Origin: Octopus bimaculoides
Taxonomy: Eukaryota
Direction: 5' to 3'
Assembly: GCF_001194135.2 (NCBI RefSeq)
Contig: NC_069000.1
Location: 13,635,458 to 13,699,457 of the forward strand
DNA: 64,000 nt
The notes beneath the pieces were generated by a model. It searched no databases, had not been told where the DNA came from, and saw only the letters and a list, made by a program, of their open reading frames with translations. Each line of letters opens with the position of its first letter. The first letter of the stretch is position 1. Positions 36,562 through 50,000 of the stretch are shown piece by piece. The translations under genes and the position numbers were made by a program.

Positions 36562-38862
36562 CTGCAAAAGGAATATGGAATTAAGACAGCAATGAAGAGC
36601 ACTCAATAATGGTTTCAAATTTTGGCACAAGGCCAGCGATTTCGGAGGTAGGGGTAAGCCGATGACATTGACCCCAGTGTTCAACTGGTACTTATTTTAT
36701 CAACCCTGTAAGGATGAAAGGCAAAGTTGACCTCAGCAGAATTTGAACTCAGAATGTAAAGGCAGAAGCCGGAAAGCATTTTGCTTGGCATGCTAACGAT
36801 TCTGCCAGCTAGCTGCCTTAAGAGCATTTAATAATATTAATTAAAAAGAAAAGAACAAAAGAAGATATTTTAATATAAAAGATTATTAGAACAGAATTTT
36901 ACTTTTGAATAAAATAATGGGAGTGAGGCTGGGGCTGAGGCTGAAGATTTCTGACCATAACTTCTGTCTAAGTATCGGCTGCTCTTTGAGAGATTTGTGG
37001 TCAAACCTGTGGCAGTGGAGACCTCTAGTGTTCTTGTGGTTTTATGTGGTGTTCTCACTACATAAATAAACGAAGTTTGTATGAAACGTACGTACTGCTA
37101 TAACCTATTGAATTTTTGTTGCTTTTCTTCAAATATATATATATATANNNNNNNNNNNNNNNNNNNNNNNNNNNNNNNNNNNNNNNNNNNNNNNNNNNNN
37201 NNNNNNNNNNNNNNNNNNNNNNNNNNNNNNNNNNNNNNNNNNNNNNNNNNNNNNNNNNNNNNNNNNNNNNNNNNNNNNNNNNNNNNNNNNNNNNNNNNNN
37301 NNNNNNNNNNNNNNNNNNNNNNNNNNNNNNNNNNNNNNNNNNNNNNNNNNNNNNNNNNNNNNNNNNNNNNNNNNNNNNNNNNNNNNNNNNNNNNNNNNNN
37401 NNNNNNNNNNNNNNNNNNNNNNNNNNNNNNNNNNNNNNNNNNNNNNNNNNNNNNNNNNNNNNNNNNNNNNNNNNNNNNNNNNNNNNNNNNNNNNNNNNNN
37501 NNNNNNNNNNNNNNNNNNNNNNNNNNNNNNNNNNNNNNNNNNNNNNNNNNNNNNNNNNNNNNNNNNNNNNNNNNNNNNNNNNNNNNNNNNNNNNNNNNNN
37601 NNNNNNNNNNNNNNNNNNNNNNNNNNNNNNNNNNNNNNNNNNNNNNNNNNNNNNNNNNNNNNNNNNATATATATATAGTTAAGTAGCAGTATTTATAACT
37701 CTTGTAGGCATAAAAGCTATTTTCTCAAACCAGCCCATCTGACACATTACAGGTGGTAGGAAAAATCTTCAGTAAATCAGACAGAAAAGTGTATTTTCTT
37801 ACTTCCATTATCACATTTGTATGAATACATCAACACAAATAGTATTATGAAAGCAAACTGCACTGACTTACAGCAGGACACAAATTATGTTACCTAGGTG
37901 ATATAATCAATGTTAAGAATAGAACAATAATGTCAGAAACAAGTTTAAAAGAAATGCTGCCTGTTCTTATTCTGCAAAAACATCGTAAGTGTTAGTTGTA
38001 AAATCTCAAGAAGAGATCAGTGTAGTGAAGCCAATCGCCACATCAAAGTGGCTGTTCCATGTTACTTCTAGTTTAACCCCAGGCAGGTCTTCTGCCAGCT
38101 GGTTATCGGTGCAGCAATGCACCCTTTATAAACAATATATATTGCTAGCAGGGGGAGTGGACCCCTACCATCCTCTAGCAGACAACAGGATCACGAGACT
38201 GACTCAGTTTTGAGCTGGTTGGCTCAGCTGCAATCGCGAGTATCTGGTTGCCAGAGCGATAGTCAGGGTCTGCTCCAGCCAGCAATATATTGTAAACAAA
38301 ATGGCCATCGGTCACTGATTTGCAACAAACAAAATAGCTAGTTGTAAAATAATATCCGTAGTCTGAGATGGTGATGTTTGGGAACCCAGTTGGAAAGTGT
38401 AATGACAGTCGCTTCAGATAGGACCCTAAGGAGGAGGTACCTGAAGAGTCTATACTCATGGTCCTCTCAGGAATAGTGGGTGGAGATGGAAAGATGCCAT
38501 TAATTAGAACTTTTGGTGCAATCATAAAGCTTTTAGCAACATCCATTTATAAACAGGCACCACGAACAAATTATTGGTAAATATTCTAATACCTTAGTGA
38601 TTTTTCTGTTATTCTTTATTTTCAAAATCTTTATTTTGCTCATAAATTAAGGACTGCACTGCCCTCTTAAACCATACAACAACTATCTTTTTATTTTTTT
38701 TTTTTTTTTCAGTGTCTTTCAAACTACAAAGTGTGGTTCAGAAAAACAAAATCATAGAAGAAAGTATAGATGCCAAAATAATTTAAAATGCGCAACAATA
38801 ACACATCATATCCAATAATGATGTTTTATCACAGATTTACAACATTCATATGTATAAAAAAA

Positions 38863-38895
<33 letters not shown>

Positions 38896-38951
38896 CAAAA
38901 AAGTTTCAAAATTATATTTTTGAAATAGATATTAAAAGAAAATAAACAAAC

Positions 38952-39026
38952 CTGAATAATAATTGGACGAGAGTAAGGTAGAATTTCTATGTTCTTGCAA
39001 TTCTCTTTTGCAACTTGATCAAAACC
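38952..39026 (-). CDS. MPPE1: MPPE1 exon
   Basis: Acceptor tttagtttcag|, donor CAG|GTTTGT, 75 bp, phase 0/0. Encodes GFDQVAKENCKNIEILPYSRPIIIQ, which supplies the P-hydrophobic-Q directly before the HFP exon. Confidence 0.88.
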
Positions 39027-42000
39027 CTGAAACTAAATACACAAAAAACTGTTAGTGCTATTTGAAGGTGATTTAAAAGGTGTGTGTGTGTGTGTGCGTG
39101 TGCGTGTGTGTGTGTGTGTATAAAAGTGTGTTTGGAGGAATATATTATCCGGACGGGTGCCATATTAGTAGTTCTCAGTTACGTTCCAGTTAACAGCTAA
39201 CCACTACAATCAGTATTTAATGTCTGTGACTACAATTTGTTACTAGTCACTCTGTGAATTCTTCCAATGGGTAATTCCATGTATGCTTCGCTGGACGGTA
39301 AAAATTGTCTGGGGTATATATTTTTTATTGATAATAAAAATATGGAAACTTGTACATCCACAAAATCTATTTCATAATCATATGCAGCATATGAGTAGTC
39401 GCTGCAGTGGAAACACACGTAGGTCATTATAATATGCTGCATATGATTATGAAATGTTTCTGTGTATTTATGTGTAAAGATTAAGTAGATTACAGAAAGT
39501 TAAAAACTGTAAATGAATAGGCGCAGGAGTGGCTGTGTGGTAAGTAGCTTGCTTACCAACCACATGGTTCTCGGTTCAGCCCCACTTGGTGGTACCTTGG
39601 GTAAGTGTCTTCTAGTGATCTTGAATAAAGTTGCATAAACTGCTAACCAGTGGAAAATAGCAGGATGCAGAGGCAACTGCTAGTTTTTTTATGCAGCAGA
39701 AACATATGTCAGACAAGTTCAAAACAAATATGCTGTATAATTGACTGTAGAAAAACAAAATAAGCAGATGTACTAATCTCCATATTCATTGCAATTGTCT
39801 TGGCTATACACTCAGTGAAATATTTGTGATCCAGCGAGGCAAACCTAGGATTCACCCATTGGATAAATTACAGTGGAATCGCATGCCTTACGTAATCCTA
39901 GGTGTTCCTTACAACTCGATGCTGTTAGCCAGAACCCAGATTATAACTGAGTGGTCGTATACTTGCCTGGATGATTTATTCCCATCTATTAATCATACGT
40001 GTGTGTGTGTGTGTGTGTGTGTGTGCGTATGTGCACATGCCTCTGCTACTGTGTTTATACTCCACTGCTACTTGACAACCAGTGTTGGTTTGTTTATATC
40101 CCCACAACTTAGTGGTTCAGCAAAATAAGCCGACAGAGTAAGTACCAAGCTTAAAACAGAAAATAAGTATTGGGGTTGATTCATTCCACTGAAATTCTTC
40201 AAGGAAATATCCCAGAATAGCTGCAGACTAATGATTGAAGCAAGTGAAAAATAAAAGATTTTTGTTGAGTATAGGTGCAGGCGTAGCAATGTGGTAAGAA
40301 GCTTGCTTCTCAACCACATGGCTCTAGGTTCAGTCCCACTATGTGGCACCTTGAGCAAGTGTCTTCTTCTGCAGCCTCGGCTCAACCAAAGCCTTGTGAG
40401 CGAATTTGGTAGACGGAAACTGAAAGAAGCCTGTCGTGTAAGTATAGGTGTGTGTGAGTGTGTGTGTGTGTTTGTGTCTGCACTTGTCTCCCTGCCCATC
40501 ATTGCTTGATAACTGGTGTTGGTGTGTTTATGTCCATGTAACTTAGCAGTTTGGCAAAAGTGACTAATAGAGTGAGTACTATGCTTGAAAAAAAAAAGCC
40601 CTGGGATTGATTTGTTCAACTAAAACTCTTCAAGGTGTTGCTCCAGCATGGCCAGAGTCAAAACGACTGAAACAAGTAAAAGAAAAAAAAGAAAAGAGTA
40701 CAGTGAAATTGTTAGGGTGGAGGGAGGGGGCGAGGGTTGTTGTTTTAGAAATTATGGAGATAAGTAACTAATACAAAAGAGGAAGGAATAAATAAATACA
40801 ACATTTAAGGATTAAATTAGGTACAGTGGTTGATTTCCAATACAGGTGATTAATTAAGCTGGTTGTGATGGGAACTAGAAGGATGAAAATAGCAATGAGT
40901 GGTTAGTTAGAAGCATTTAAATGAAATTCAGGTGCATAATTAGGGAATGAAGGTCACTAGGTGGATTTAAGTTGTGGTACAGATGCAAATAAGTGAACTA
41001 TTTACATGACTAATTGAGGAAGTTGATAAGAAGTTGGTCAAGGTTAGAAGTAGGTCGGTCGTTACTATTTCGGTAATTAAGTTTATTCTACTTTTTTTTT
41101 AACGTTGGGAACTAATTGAAGAAATTGATTAAAAATTGGGATTAGGCTAGTGGCTGGAAAGCTTATTCTGTTGCGGTGAAGAAGTAAAGAACTTACTATG
41201 TGTTGCTAGTAGGAGGAGTTGTGCAGGCAAGTTGCCTGGATGGTTGGGGTGCTTGAGTTCAAGATCATAGAGTCCTGAGTTCAATACCTGTACAGGGAGA
41301 GTACACTGTGTCCTTGAGCAAGGCACTTCATTTTACACTGCTTTCAAAAAGGCCAAAGGCAGGATGGGAGAAGGACCCCCCCCCCCCNNNNNNNNNNCAC
41401 ACATCATCATCATCATTTAACGTCTGTTTTCCATGCTGGCATGGGTTGAATGGTTTGACTGTAAACAGGTAAGCTGGGGAGGGGAGCTGCTCCAGGTTCC
41501 AATCTGATTTGGCATGGCTTCTACAGCTGGATGCTCTTCCTAATGCCAATCACTCCAAGACTGTAGTGGGCGCTTTTTACGTGCCACGAGTACAAGTGTC
41601 AGTTATGTAACACCGGTATTGGCCATGACTACAATCTCACTTGGCATGACAGGTCTTCTCAAGCACGGCATGTGTGTATATGTGTGTGTGTGTGTGTAGA
41701 TCAATGTTTATCTGTTTTGAAACAATACAGCTATTTATGAAAGAATCTTTACCACTAAATTTTGCAAGGAAATTAAGATGTAACCTGCCCACCACCACCA
41801 AATCTCAGGACAGGGTTCTCTTGCAGTAAATCAGAGATAAGTCAAGGAAATAGATACAAAAAGTTTCTGTCTACCAAATCCACTCACAAGACAATGATTG
41901 GCCTTGGGCTGCAGTAGAAGACACTTACCCAAGTGCTATGCAGCAGGATTGAACCCAAGACCACATAGTTGGGAAGTAAGCTTCTTAACCACACAGCCAA

Positions 42001-42193
42001 TCTTTAGAATTTTCTCAATCTCATAAATTCATGATTTCAAAGACCTTTTAATAAGAAGTTCTACAGTGATTGTACTAACTGAAAATTCATTACAACAACA
42101 AAGGAATTATATATAATCCACCCAAAATAATTTTTAAAATTTTATATTTAAAATGTCTTTAGAATATTCACAAAAACAATCTTTTTAGCTCAC

Positions 42194-42380
42194 CTGCCAA
42201 CACTTTAATGTTTGCGAGACTTTATAAATTTTCCGCAGTGCATCAGAGCAGAGTGTACAGCCATCATTTTGCATAGCCATTGAGTTAAGAAGTACAAAAA
42301 CTGAATCACGAATACGTAAAACTTTCACTGATGGAGCATCAAAAGCCTTTTGAAACCGTTCATGTTTTTCAATAGTTACA
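42194..42380 (-). CDS. MPPE1: MPPE1 exon
   Basis: Acceptor gtgtttactttcag|, donor CAG|GTGAGC, 187 bp, phase 2/0. Encodes (D)VTIEKHERFQKAFDAPSVKVLRIRDSVFVLLNSMAMQNDGCTLCSDALRKIYKVSQTLKCWQ (NS.A...DGC..C pattern). Confidence 0.95.
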
Positions 42381-43760
42381 CTGAAAGTAAACACAAAGTT
42401 TTAAGCTGTCAGTAATATAAGGCATCCAAATACAAAAAGGGTAGCAATTTTGACAAATATTTATATACAACTTATTGACAGACACAGGTTCATAAAAACT
42501 TCTTTGATACTAAGTAGAGAATATTGTTATCAATAAAATTATAGTTAAAATATTTTGTTGGCAAGTGAATATGTAAAATAAGAAATACATTGAGTTAAAG
42601 ATGATACTAGCCTATTTACAAGTAAAAGTGTACTGGCACATGTAATAATATAGTGTTATCTTTTGACGCAGTTAATTTTTATAATGGATTGATAAAGTCA
42701 ATTAATTTACCCCTTGTTAGCTCATTGCCATCATCATCATCATCATCATTGTTTAACATCTGCTTTCCATGCTAGCATGGGTTGGACGATTTGACTGAGG
42801 ACTGGTGAAGCCAAATGGCTACACCAGGCTCCATTCTGATTTGGCAGAGTTTCCATAGCTGGATGCCCTTCCTAACGCCAACCACTCCAAGAGTGTAGTG
42901 GGTGCTTTTACGTGCCACTGGCACGAAGGCCAGTCAGGCGGTACTGGCAACGGCCACGCTCAAAATGGTGTATTTTACGTGCCACCTACACAGGACTCCC
43001 AGACAGAAGCAATAAGTTAAATATTTGAAATCATATAGGCTGGTAGTCTGCTGTTTAAGCCATCACCAATAAAAAATTTTCAATAAATTCAAACAAACAT
43101 ATTTCTATTAGTTTCAATCATCCGACCGACGCTTTATTGAGGTACTGCCTTCAACGGTTTTTAGTTTATCACAAATCAACACAAGTATTTATTTCAAACT
43201 TGGTACTTATTTTATCAACAAAGTTACAGGACATAAACACACAGAATATAAACACACACACACACACATAAAAGTTGTTGGCACACCATCAGATAATATG
43301 ATTTATGTTTTTATATTCTAGACACTTTCAGATATAAATCATATGATCACTATATACAGTTTCAATAACGTCTTTTAGAGGCCACATCAATAGTCCAGAC
43401 ATAATTTGCTACCCAGGTCAAAAGCTTTGTAGCTAAAAAGCAAAGAGCATATCATGCTTACTTCAAAATGAAATTATCCAATCAAGACATAAGCTAGACT
43501 CCAGACAAGATTCATCATATATGCATTACAGTATTGAGAAATTGAAGTTATAGTAAAAGAAAACTTAGCTCTTACAATACTATGGTGTAGTGTGAGCCTA
43601 GAAATAATGTCAAAAATCCCTACTTCTCCTGCAATGTTCCAAGTTTCAATGTCAAAAAAAGAATTCTTCAGTACCCAAATCTTTCTTTTTACTATCAAAC
43701 TAATTCCCTATAATCTAAACATCCCTGCTTCTCAACCACATAACAATCTAGATCATTACA

Positions 43761-44664
43761 TGAGGTGGTATCTAAAAAGTTCCAGGATTGGTTATGTTTA
43801 ATAAAAAATAACTTATTTACCTAAGTTTTAACAACCTCTCCTTCGAAGTAGTCACCTTGCGCAACAATACACCAGTCCCAGCGTCCCTGCCACTTTTGGA
43901 ATCCAACCTAGAAGTCGTTTTTTGTGAGCAAGTTGAGAACCTTCTGCAGTTCACTTTGGATCTCGACAACATTGTTAAAACAGCAACCTTTGAACTGCAT
44001 TTTCATTTTGGGGAAGAGATGCAAGTCTGCAGGTGCTAAATCTGGCAAATTGATCAGGTGTGGAAATGATACCATGTTGTTTTTGGTGAGAATCTCACAA
44101 GGAGAGCTTAGTGATAGGATGCATTGTCATTGTGAAGAACTCAATTCTTCACACTCCACAGATCCAGTTGTTTTCGCCAAATGTCCCAACTCAAATGCTT
44201 CAAATTGATGGTCTGGCCCTGGGGGACAAATTCTCGATGCACAATACCACATTTCTAGGGGTGATGCTCATGGTAGGTCTTCCAGATCGCTCATCATCTT
44301 CCAGGAACATTCTTCCACTTTTGAAACATCTATGCCACTCAAAACATTGTTTACAACCCATTACTTCATTACCTTAAGCTTGCCGGAGCATGCTCAATGT
44401 CTCTGTAACAGACTTCCCAAGTTTAACACAAAATTTTACGTTAGCTTTTACTTCCAACTTCCTGTCCATGACAAAAATCACTGACTACAACATACACATG
44501 GTCAGAAAAACACAAATTTCACAACTTGCGAAGTAAACACAACAATGCCACTTAGCACACTGCCTCATGAAGGTCACTGCTAGCTCTCACTGTACATGCA
44601 ACTGTGTGCTGCCAAACGTTGGCAAGCTACAGAACAAGTCCAGGAACGTTTTGATACTACCTTG
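43761..44664 (-). mobile_element. Mariner transposon, internally deleted and decayed
   Basis: Imperfect TIRs (tgaggtggtatctaaaaagttccagga / tccaggaacgttttgatactaccttg). Minus-strand peptides KANVKFCVKLGKSVTETLSML...EWHRCFKSG...DDERSGRP, then GIVHREFVPQGQT, HNDNASYH and PDLAPADLHLFPKMK...GDYFEG. Confidence 0.92.
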
Positions 44665-45129
44665 CACTTCAAACGGAGAGAATAAAGCTGTTTATGAACT
44701 GGAAGAACTTAACTGAGCAGCTAAGCCATTAACATAAGCCAGACTGAAGGACTTAGAAATTTGATTTTGCTCAAGGAAACCTAAGAACTTGAGAGGAGGG
44801 TGCTATAGTGCAAGAGAACAATTTAGAAGCATAATAAAGGTACTGCACAGTGGAACTTAGTCTTACAAAATTATTACTTCAAACTAGCAATGAATAAGCA
44901 TTGATATTAGCATCTTAGTCAGTTCAATTCAAAGAAATCTATGAAAGCCTCAAGTCTTCTAGAAAACTGGTAAAAAAAAAAAAAAGCATGTCACAAGTGA
45001 ATGACACAACAGAGAATGTGAACAGCATTCGTTGACAGAGGGAAAAAATTAGCCTCTCAAAAGAACCTACTCCTGGGCTGAAGAACATTTTAACATGAAC
45101 AACTATAACTACAGAAAAAGCTCCTACCC

Positions 45130-46445
45130 AACTTGCATCTCAAATTAGGCTTGATGAAACATTATGTCAAAGTATTGAATAAAGTAGGTGTCCGTCAGTG
45201 ATTGCTTCTCAGCCTTCTCCTGTTTTATTACAATTCTGCAGGCAATAAAAGAAGAGCTTAAAAGACTGGATGCCCTTGAGTGAGAACTTCTTTGTGCTGA
45301 TGACCCAGTTCTCATAGCTGAATCTGTTGAAGAATTAAGAGAAGAAATTCAAAATGTAGAGGCAAGGCCGAGAATCGAGAGACTTTAAAGTAAAACTAGT
45401 CAAGACAAAAGCCTTTGTTAACAGGAAAGAAGACGTGATCATACTGCTAACAGCAAGATGGCCATGCTCAATATGCAGAAAAAGGTATTAGTAGGAACTC
45501 AATACTATGAAACCCAAGTAAACTATGAGCACAAAGCATGCAATGAGATCGCAGACAGGCTGCCAGAGAAGGGCTTCATATGTAGCAGATAAATAGGAGG
45601 AACAGTTAGTAATAAAAGTAACCATAAATGAAATTCTTTCAAATGCTCACAAGGCTTCCTAGAAGTAGTTGATAAGTTCTGTTACCTAGGTAACTTAGTT
45701 AGTAGTGGGGATAGGTATTCCAAGAAGATAAGAGTAAGAACAGAGAGGAAGAAGTTCGGGGTTCTGATTCCCTCACTGAACGAGGGGCAAATTGAATGAT
45801 GTTTCTTTATGAAGTGTGACACGAAACATGGGCACTGAATGCAGATGTATGATAGCTGAAGGGAAACGAGGCAAGCATGCTCAGTCGTATGCATAGCATT
45901 GGTGTGCATGAACAATAGCATGCAAATAAACTAACAGAAAAACTAGGTCTAAGGGGAATCAAAACTGTGTATGTGAAAGGGAAGAGTGAGCTGGTATAGA
46001 CATGTGATATATGAGGGAGTGCTGAAAAGTCTCTGGTTTTCAGGGTATCATGAAAGGCCTGGTCAGAGGCTCAACCTTCCAAGTTCTTTGACAGGGCTTA
46101 GTAAAACTGAAGGATTGCTGCAGTAAGTGTGTGAATCTAAGAGGGGAATATATTGAATAAAATTATAATTAACTGATCCTCCTGTATTTTTTTAAACCCA
46201 AAGTCAGGAACTCTTCAGCACCCCCTTGTGCATGAAATATGACAATTGAATAAAGAGCCATCCATGTGGAAAGGACCTGTGAGAGAGGAAAAACCAAGGA
46301 AGACATGAGACATAGGGAAAGCTTATCTCATAAGGCTGAACTTTGCAAAGGAGATAACAAAGGGCTGTGTTAATTGGCAAGATGCAATACTGAAGAAAAC
46401 TTATTCAACCCATGCAAAAATGGAATAATCAAACATAAAACATGA
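45130..46445 (+). mobile_element. RTE-clade LINE, 5'-truncated decayed remnant
   Basis: Broken frames give KVGVRQ, GCP*ELLCADDPVLIAESVEEL (YADD-equivalent), LEVVDKFCYLG, HETWALNAD, WYRHV and RGKPRKT, and end in aacccatgcaaaaatgga...aaacatgat. Confidence 0.85.
46012..46228. mobile_element. Mariner-type MITE nested in the RTE remnant
   Basis: TA|TGAGGGAGTGCTGAAAAGT at the left end and CAGGAACTCTTCAGCACCCCCTTG at the right end are inverted repeats of each other. The insertion splits the RTE ORF just after WYRHV. Confidence 0.85.
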
Positions 46446-46840
46446 TCTCTTCATATACATTTGTTAAAGATAACCACAATCCGCTACAAGAAAATAAAAA
46501 TAAGTGTTTTTATAGGTTCTCAGATGAAAGTTATTACTACATGCTGAAATTTCACCCCACAATGACAATAGTTGTAGGAATGTTGGGGAAAACATTTGGA
46601 AACACAAAAATTCAAAATTTTTACTGACTGGTGAAAAAATATGCTTTGAAATTAATTATGTCTTAGGTTGTAATATGGGCCTGGATGTTCGTTTCTTATC
46701 TTTGCCTTTCAATCACTTTCTTGAGAATGTGGAAGATGTCATTTCATTTGATTGCATTTCTCACATGTATTGTCAATGTGATAAACTATTCTATTGAAAA
46801 AAGGTCCACCTTATGCATAATTCTTAAGAAAAAAATAATC

Positions 46841-47074
46841 CAGTGGTTTTCAACCAGGGTCCATATGGCCCAGTGGTGGGGAGTCCATATAAGATTTTGT
46901 TGTAAAAAAATTTATGACAATACACAAAATATTTTAATATTTTTTTATACATTTCCTAATAATATTTAATTATAAAAATATACTAGATTTTTAAAAAATA
47001 TCTAGTGGATGGCTATGGAGGTCCAGTAGAGTAAAATAGGAATTAAATAGACAGAAAATAGTTTAAAACCAATG
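46841..47074. mobile_element. Old hAT-like MITE
   Basis: CAGTGGTTTTCAACC left end, degenerate inverted end AGTTTAAAACCAATG, AT-rich core. No TSD is recognisable. Confidence 0.5.
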
Positions 47075-50000
47075 AGCTCATCTTTCGATGCTATTAGTTA
47101 ATTCCAAGTTGTGTTGTGTATTTTCTGAAATAAAGATTAATCAATTTTATTTCTTTCACTTGCTTCCCACCACTACCCATCATGAAAGTTGTTCTACAAG
47201 TTCAGAACCTGTTATTCTACATTAATTATGACCTTCAACTTATTATATAAAATTGAAGTTCAATCATTTTACATTGGATTCTCCATAAGAGGTTTTGTTA
47301 AAATGGCGCCCATTTCAAGTACTCACCTTGCCAGATAGTGTGAAAAAAAAAAAAAAAAAAAAAAACTTTTACATAATACACAAAAATCAGACATTATTGA
47401 AATCAGTAAACTTAAATTATTCAATATTTCATAAGAGTTTCTATAAAACAATTGAAAAATTTCTATTTCACATATGCTCACTTTCTTGTACCTTGAGGGT
47501 TTGCTCTGGTTCCCCACCATTACCATCTTATCTTTTTTCCCAACTACTCTCACACACCTTCATAAAATGCAGGGTAGCCGTATATTTTTTTCAATAGCAA
47601 AACACCTGCACTCATCACTCTATCAAACTTCAACACCTGGCATAAAGCCATCCCACCACTCTCAAATACCTACCTCCACCACACACACACATACTTAGTT
47701 GAGGTTTATTTCTTTTTTTCTTTTCCTGTCATGCAAATTACTTGGTAACCTCACTAATGCCAGAAGCACCAAGCACACACTGTAAAGTGGTTGGCATTAG
47801 GAAAGGCATCTAGCTGCGGAAACCATATCAAGGCTGACACAGGAGCTTCACACAGCCCTGCAGCTCACCAGATCCTGTCAAACACATCTAGTCATAAAGA
47901 ATATTACTTTACTTGGAAACAGGTGAAGGTTGGCAACAGGGAGGGCATCCAGTAGTAGAAAATTTATTTCAACTAATTCCGTCCAACCCATGCAAACATG
48001 AAAAAGTGAACTTTTGACAATGATGACAGAGAATGCAAAGAAGCTTGTAGTTTGTAGATAAATAAATGTGCATTCATTGGCTTTTACCGTTTAGTATATG
48101 GAATTTACCAAAATTGTAATTTGAAATTGTCCATGGTTTAACTATGGCCTAAAGCAGCCATATCAGACCCAAATACTCTACCTGTTTGATATTCAAACCA
48201 ACCAGATGCTGCCTTTCATGCCTACCTAAAATGTCATTCTAAAAATAAACAATCACATTATCAAAATCTCAAATATACAAGATAATGCATGATTAATTGA
48301 AAACCATTTGAATTAATAAGCATTAAGCTTCAGAGAGTAATCTGAAATGCTAAAGGGTTATGAATATAATCTTTGTTTCAGTAAACAGAGAATACTAAAT
48401 ATTCTTTGCTTCAGATTTTAATGCATCTCTGTATCCAGTAGTAAGAAGTATTGTCCCTACTATCACAGACAGGATAGCAATATTTGATCAAGCTGAAACA
48501 CAGTCCACTCAAGATAAAACAAATCTGAGGTCTTCAGAAAGCTACCTTAGATGTTCCACATATTTTAGACAATTTAATTTTTTTTTCTTTTCAAATCAGC
48601 AATGAAATAAAATGGATGGAAACTTGTCGATATGCAACAAAACAGCTTTCAATGAATCAATGTACCCAATTATCAAGCTTATTCTATCAAAATATTGATT
48701 TTATTGCAGACAAGGCTGCCTTCCATTATACCAAGAAGGACACGTTCTTTTGAGAATTACAAAACTTACATACATTAACATTTTCACTGATACAGATGGC
48801 AGTCAAAATTTCTGCCTCACTCTTCAGCAACACCAAGTTCCTAACAAAGCTGTTTACTTCGTGCAGTTCATAAAATATGAAGCTAAAATTTATTGGCTTC
48901 ACAATACTGAGAATTACTGGACTCACTTCAACTCACCTCGTATCTTGAAGAGCCACCTGGACACCTTGCCATTGATATTTATATTTACCTTTTTTGTATC
49001 TCCTACAGCACATGGTTACCCCTTCTTCTAAATGTGAGAAGCCATGTAACTCTTCTATCACAAGAATCTGCTTGATTCTCTCCCTCACTTTTTTCATACT
49101 TTACCATCTTATTTATGGGCTTAAAGGTGCTCAGCCATACCCCCTTAAGCTTCATAGTCTTGCAAGCTGCATGGTGCCCGTGGCAGAAAAATAAATGCCT
49201 ATGTGACACCACATAAAAGTACCCATGTAGCGCCATGAAAATGCCTCCACCACACTCTGTAAAGTGGTTGGCATTAGGAAGGGCATCCAACTGTAGAAAC
49301 CACGCCAAAGCAGACACTGGAACCTGATGCAGTTCTTGGACTCATCAGATCCTGTCAAACGATCCAACCCATGCCAGTATGGAATGTGGATGCTAAATGA
49401 TAATGATGATGATGATTTCTTGTATTTGCCAAATGCTTTTTAAGCCAGAGGTACATGACAAGCATAGCAATTGCAAACTGACAGTTGACCTTTTCTCTTC
49501 AACTGCTGCTGAATTTTCCCCAAACATAGCCAAATATTGCAGTACATGTGTATGATCTAACGTATTCTCTAACTTTCAATATTAAAATCAAAATAAGTGT
49601 AAATAAATTTTCCTTGTTGTGCAGCCCATAGTATGTGTGTGATACAAGTGTCCATTGTTGCATTACCATTGGCAGCTGACCCAAATTTTCCAGGTACAGA
49701 TACATGCTCTCTCAAGACCAACAGATGCCTAACTAACAAATGACCACATATATTACAACTAATAACATTTCAATTTTCTTCAATTTTAACTAGTCTACAA
49801 TTTATGTTTCCACATCTAACATTTCCTATTTTAGGATCTTTTGTACCATGGTGTAACTGACTATTTGAAATAATGCTATAGAGTATGAAACACTAGAGAC
49901 ATGATGGTAGAGTCAAATGGAAATCTATGTTTTATAATCAACATTTACTATATGGTATATCAATATCCAACTTTTTTCAGATGTTACTTCAGATAACAGG

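Noticed and set aside
47315-47340. gtactcaccttgccag resembling the U1 snRNA 5' end
   Set aside because: Just the complement of a splice-donor consensus; no U1 stem-loops or Sm site follow.
48915-49010. Strong minus-strand donor GAG|GTGAGT in an MPPE1 intron
   Set aside because: No convincing acceptor or MPPE1-like peptide, and the flanking exons already join in frame without it.
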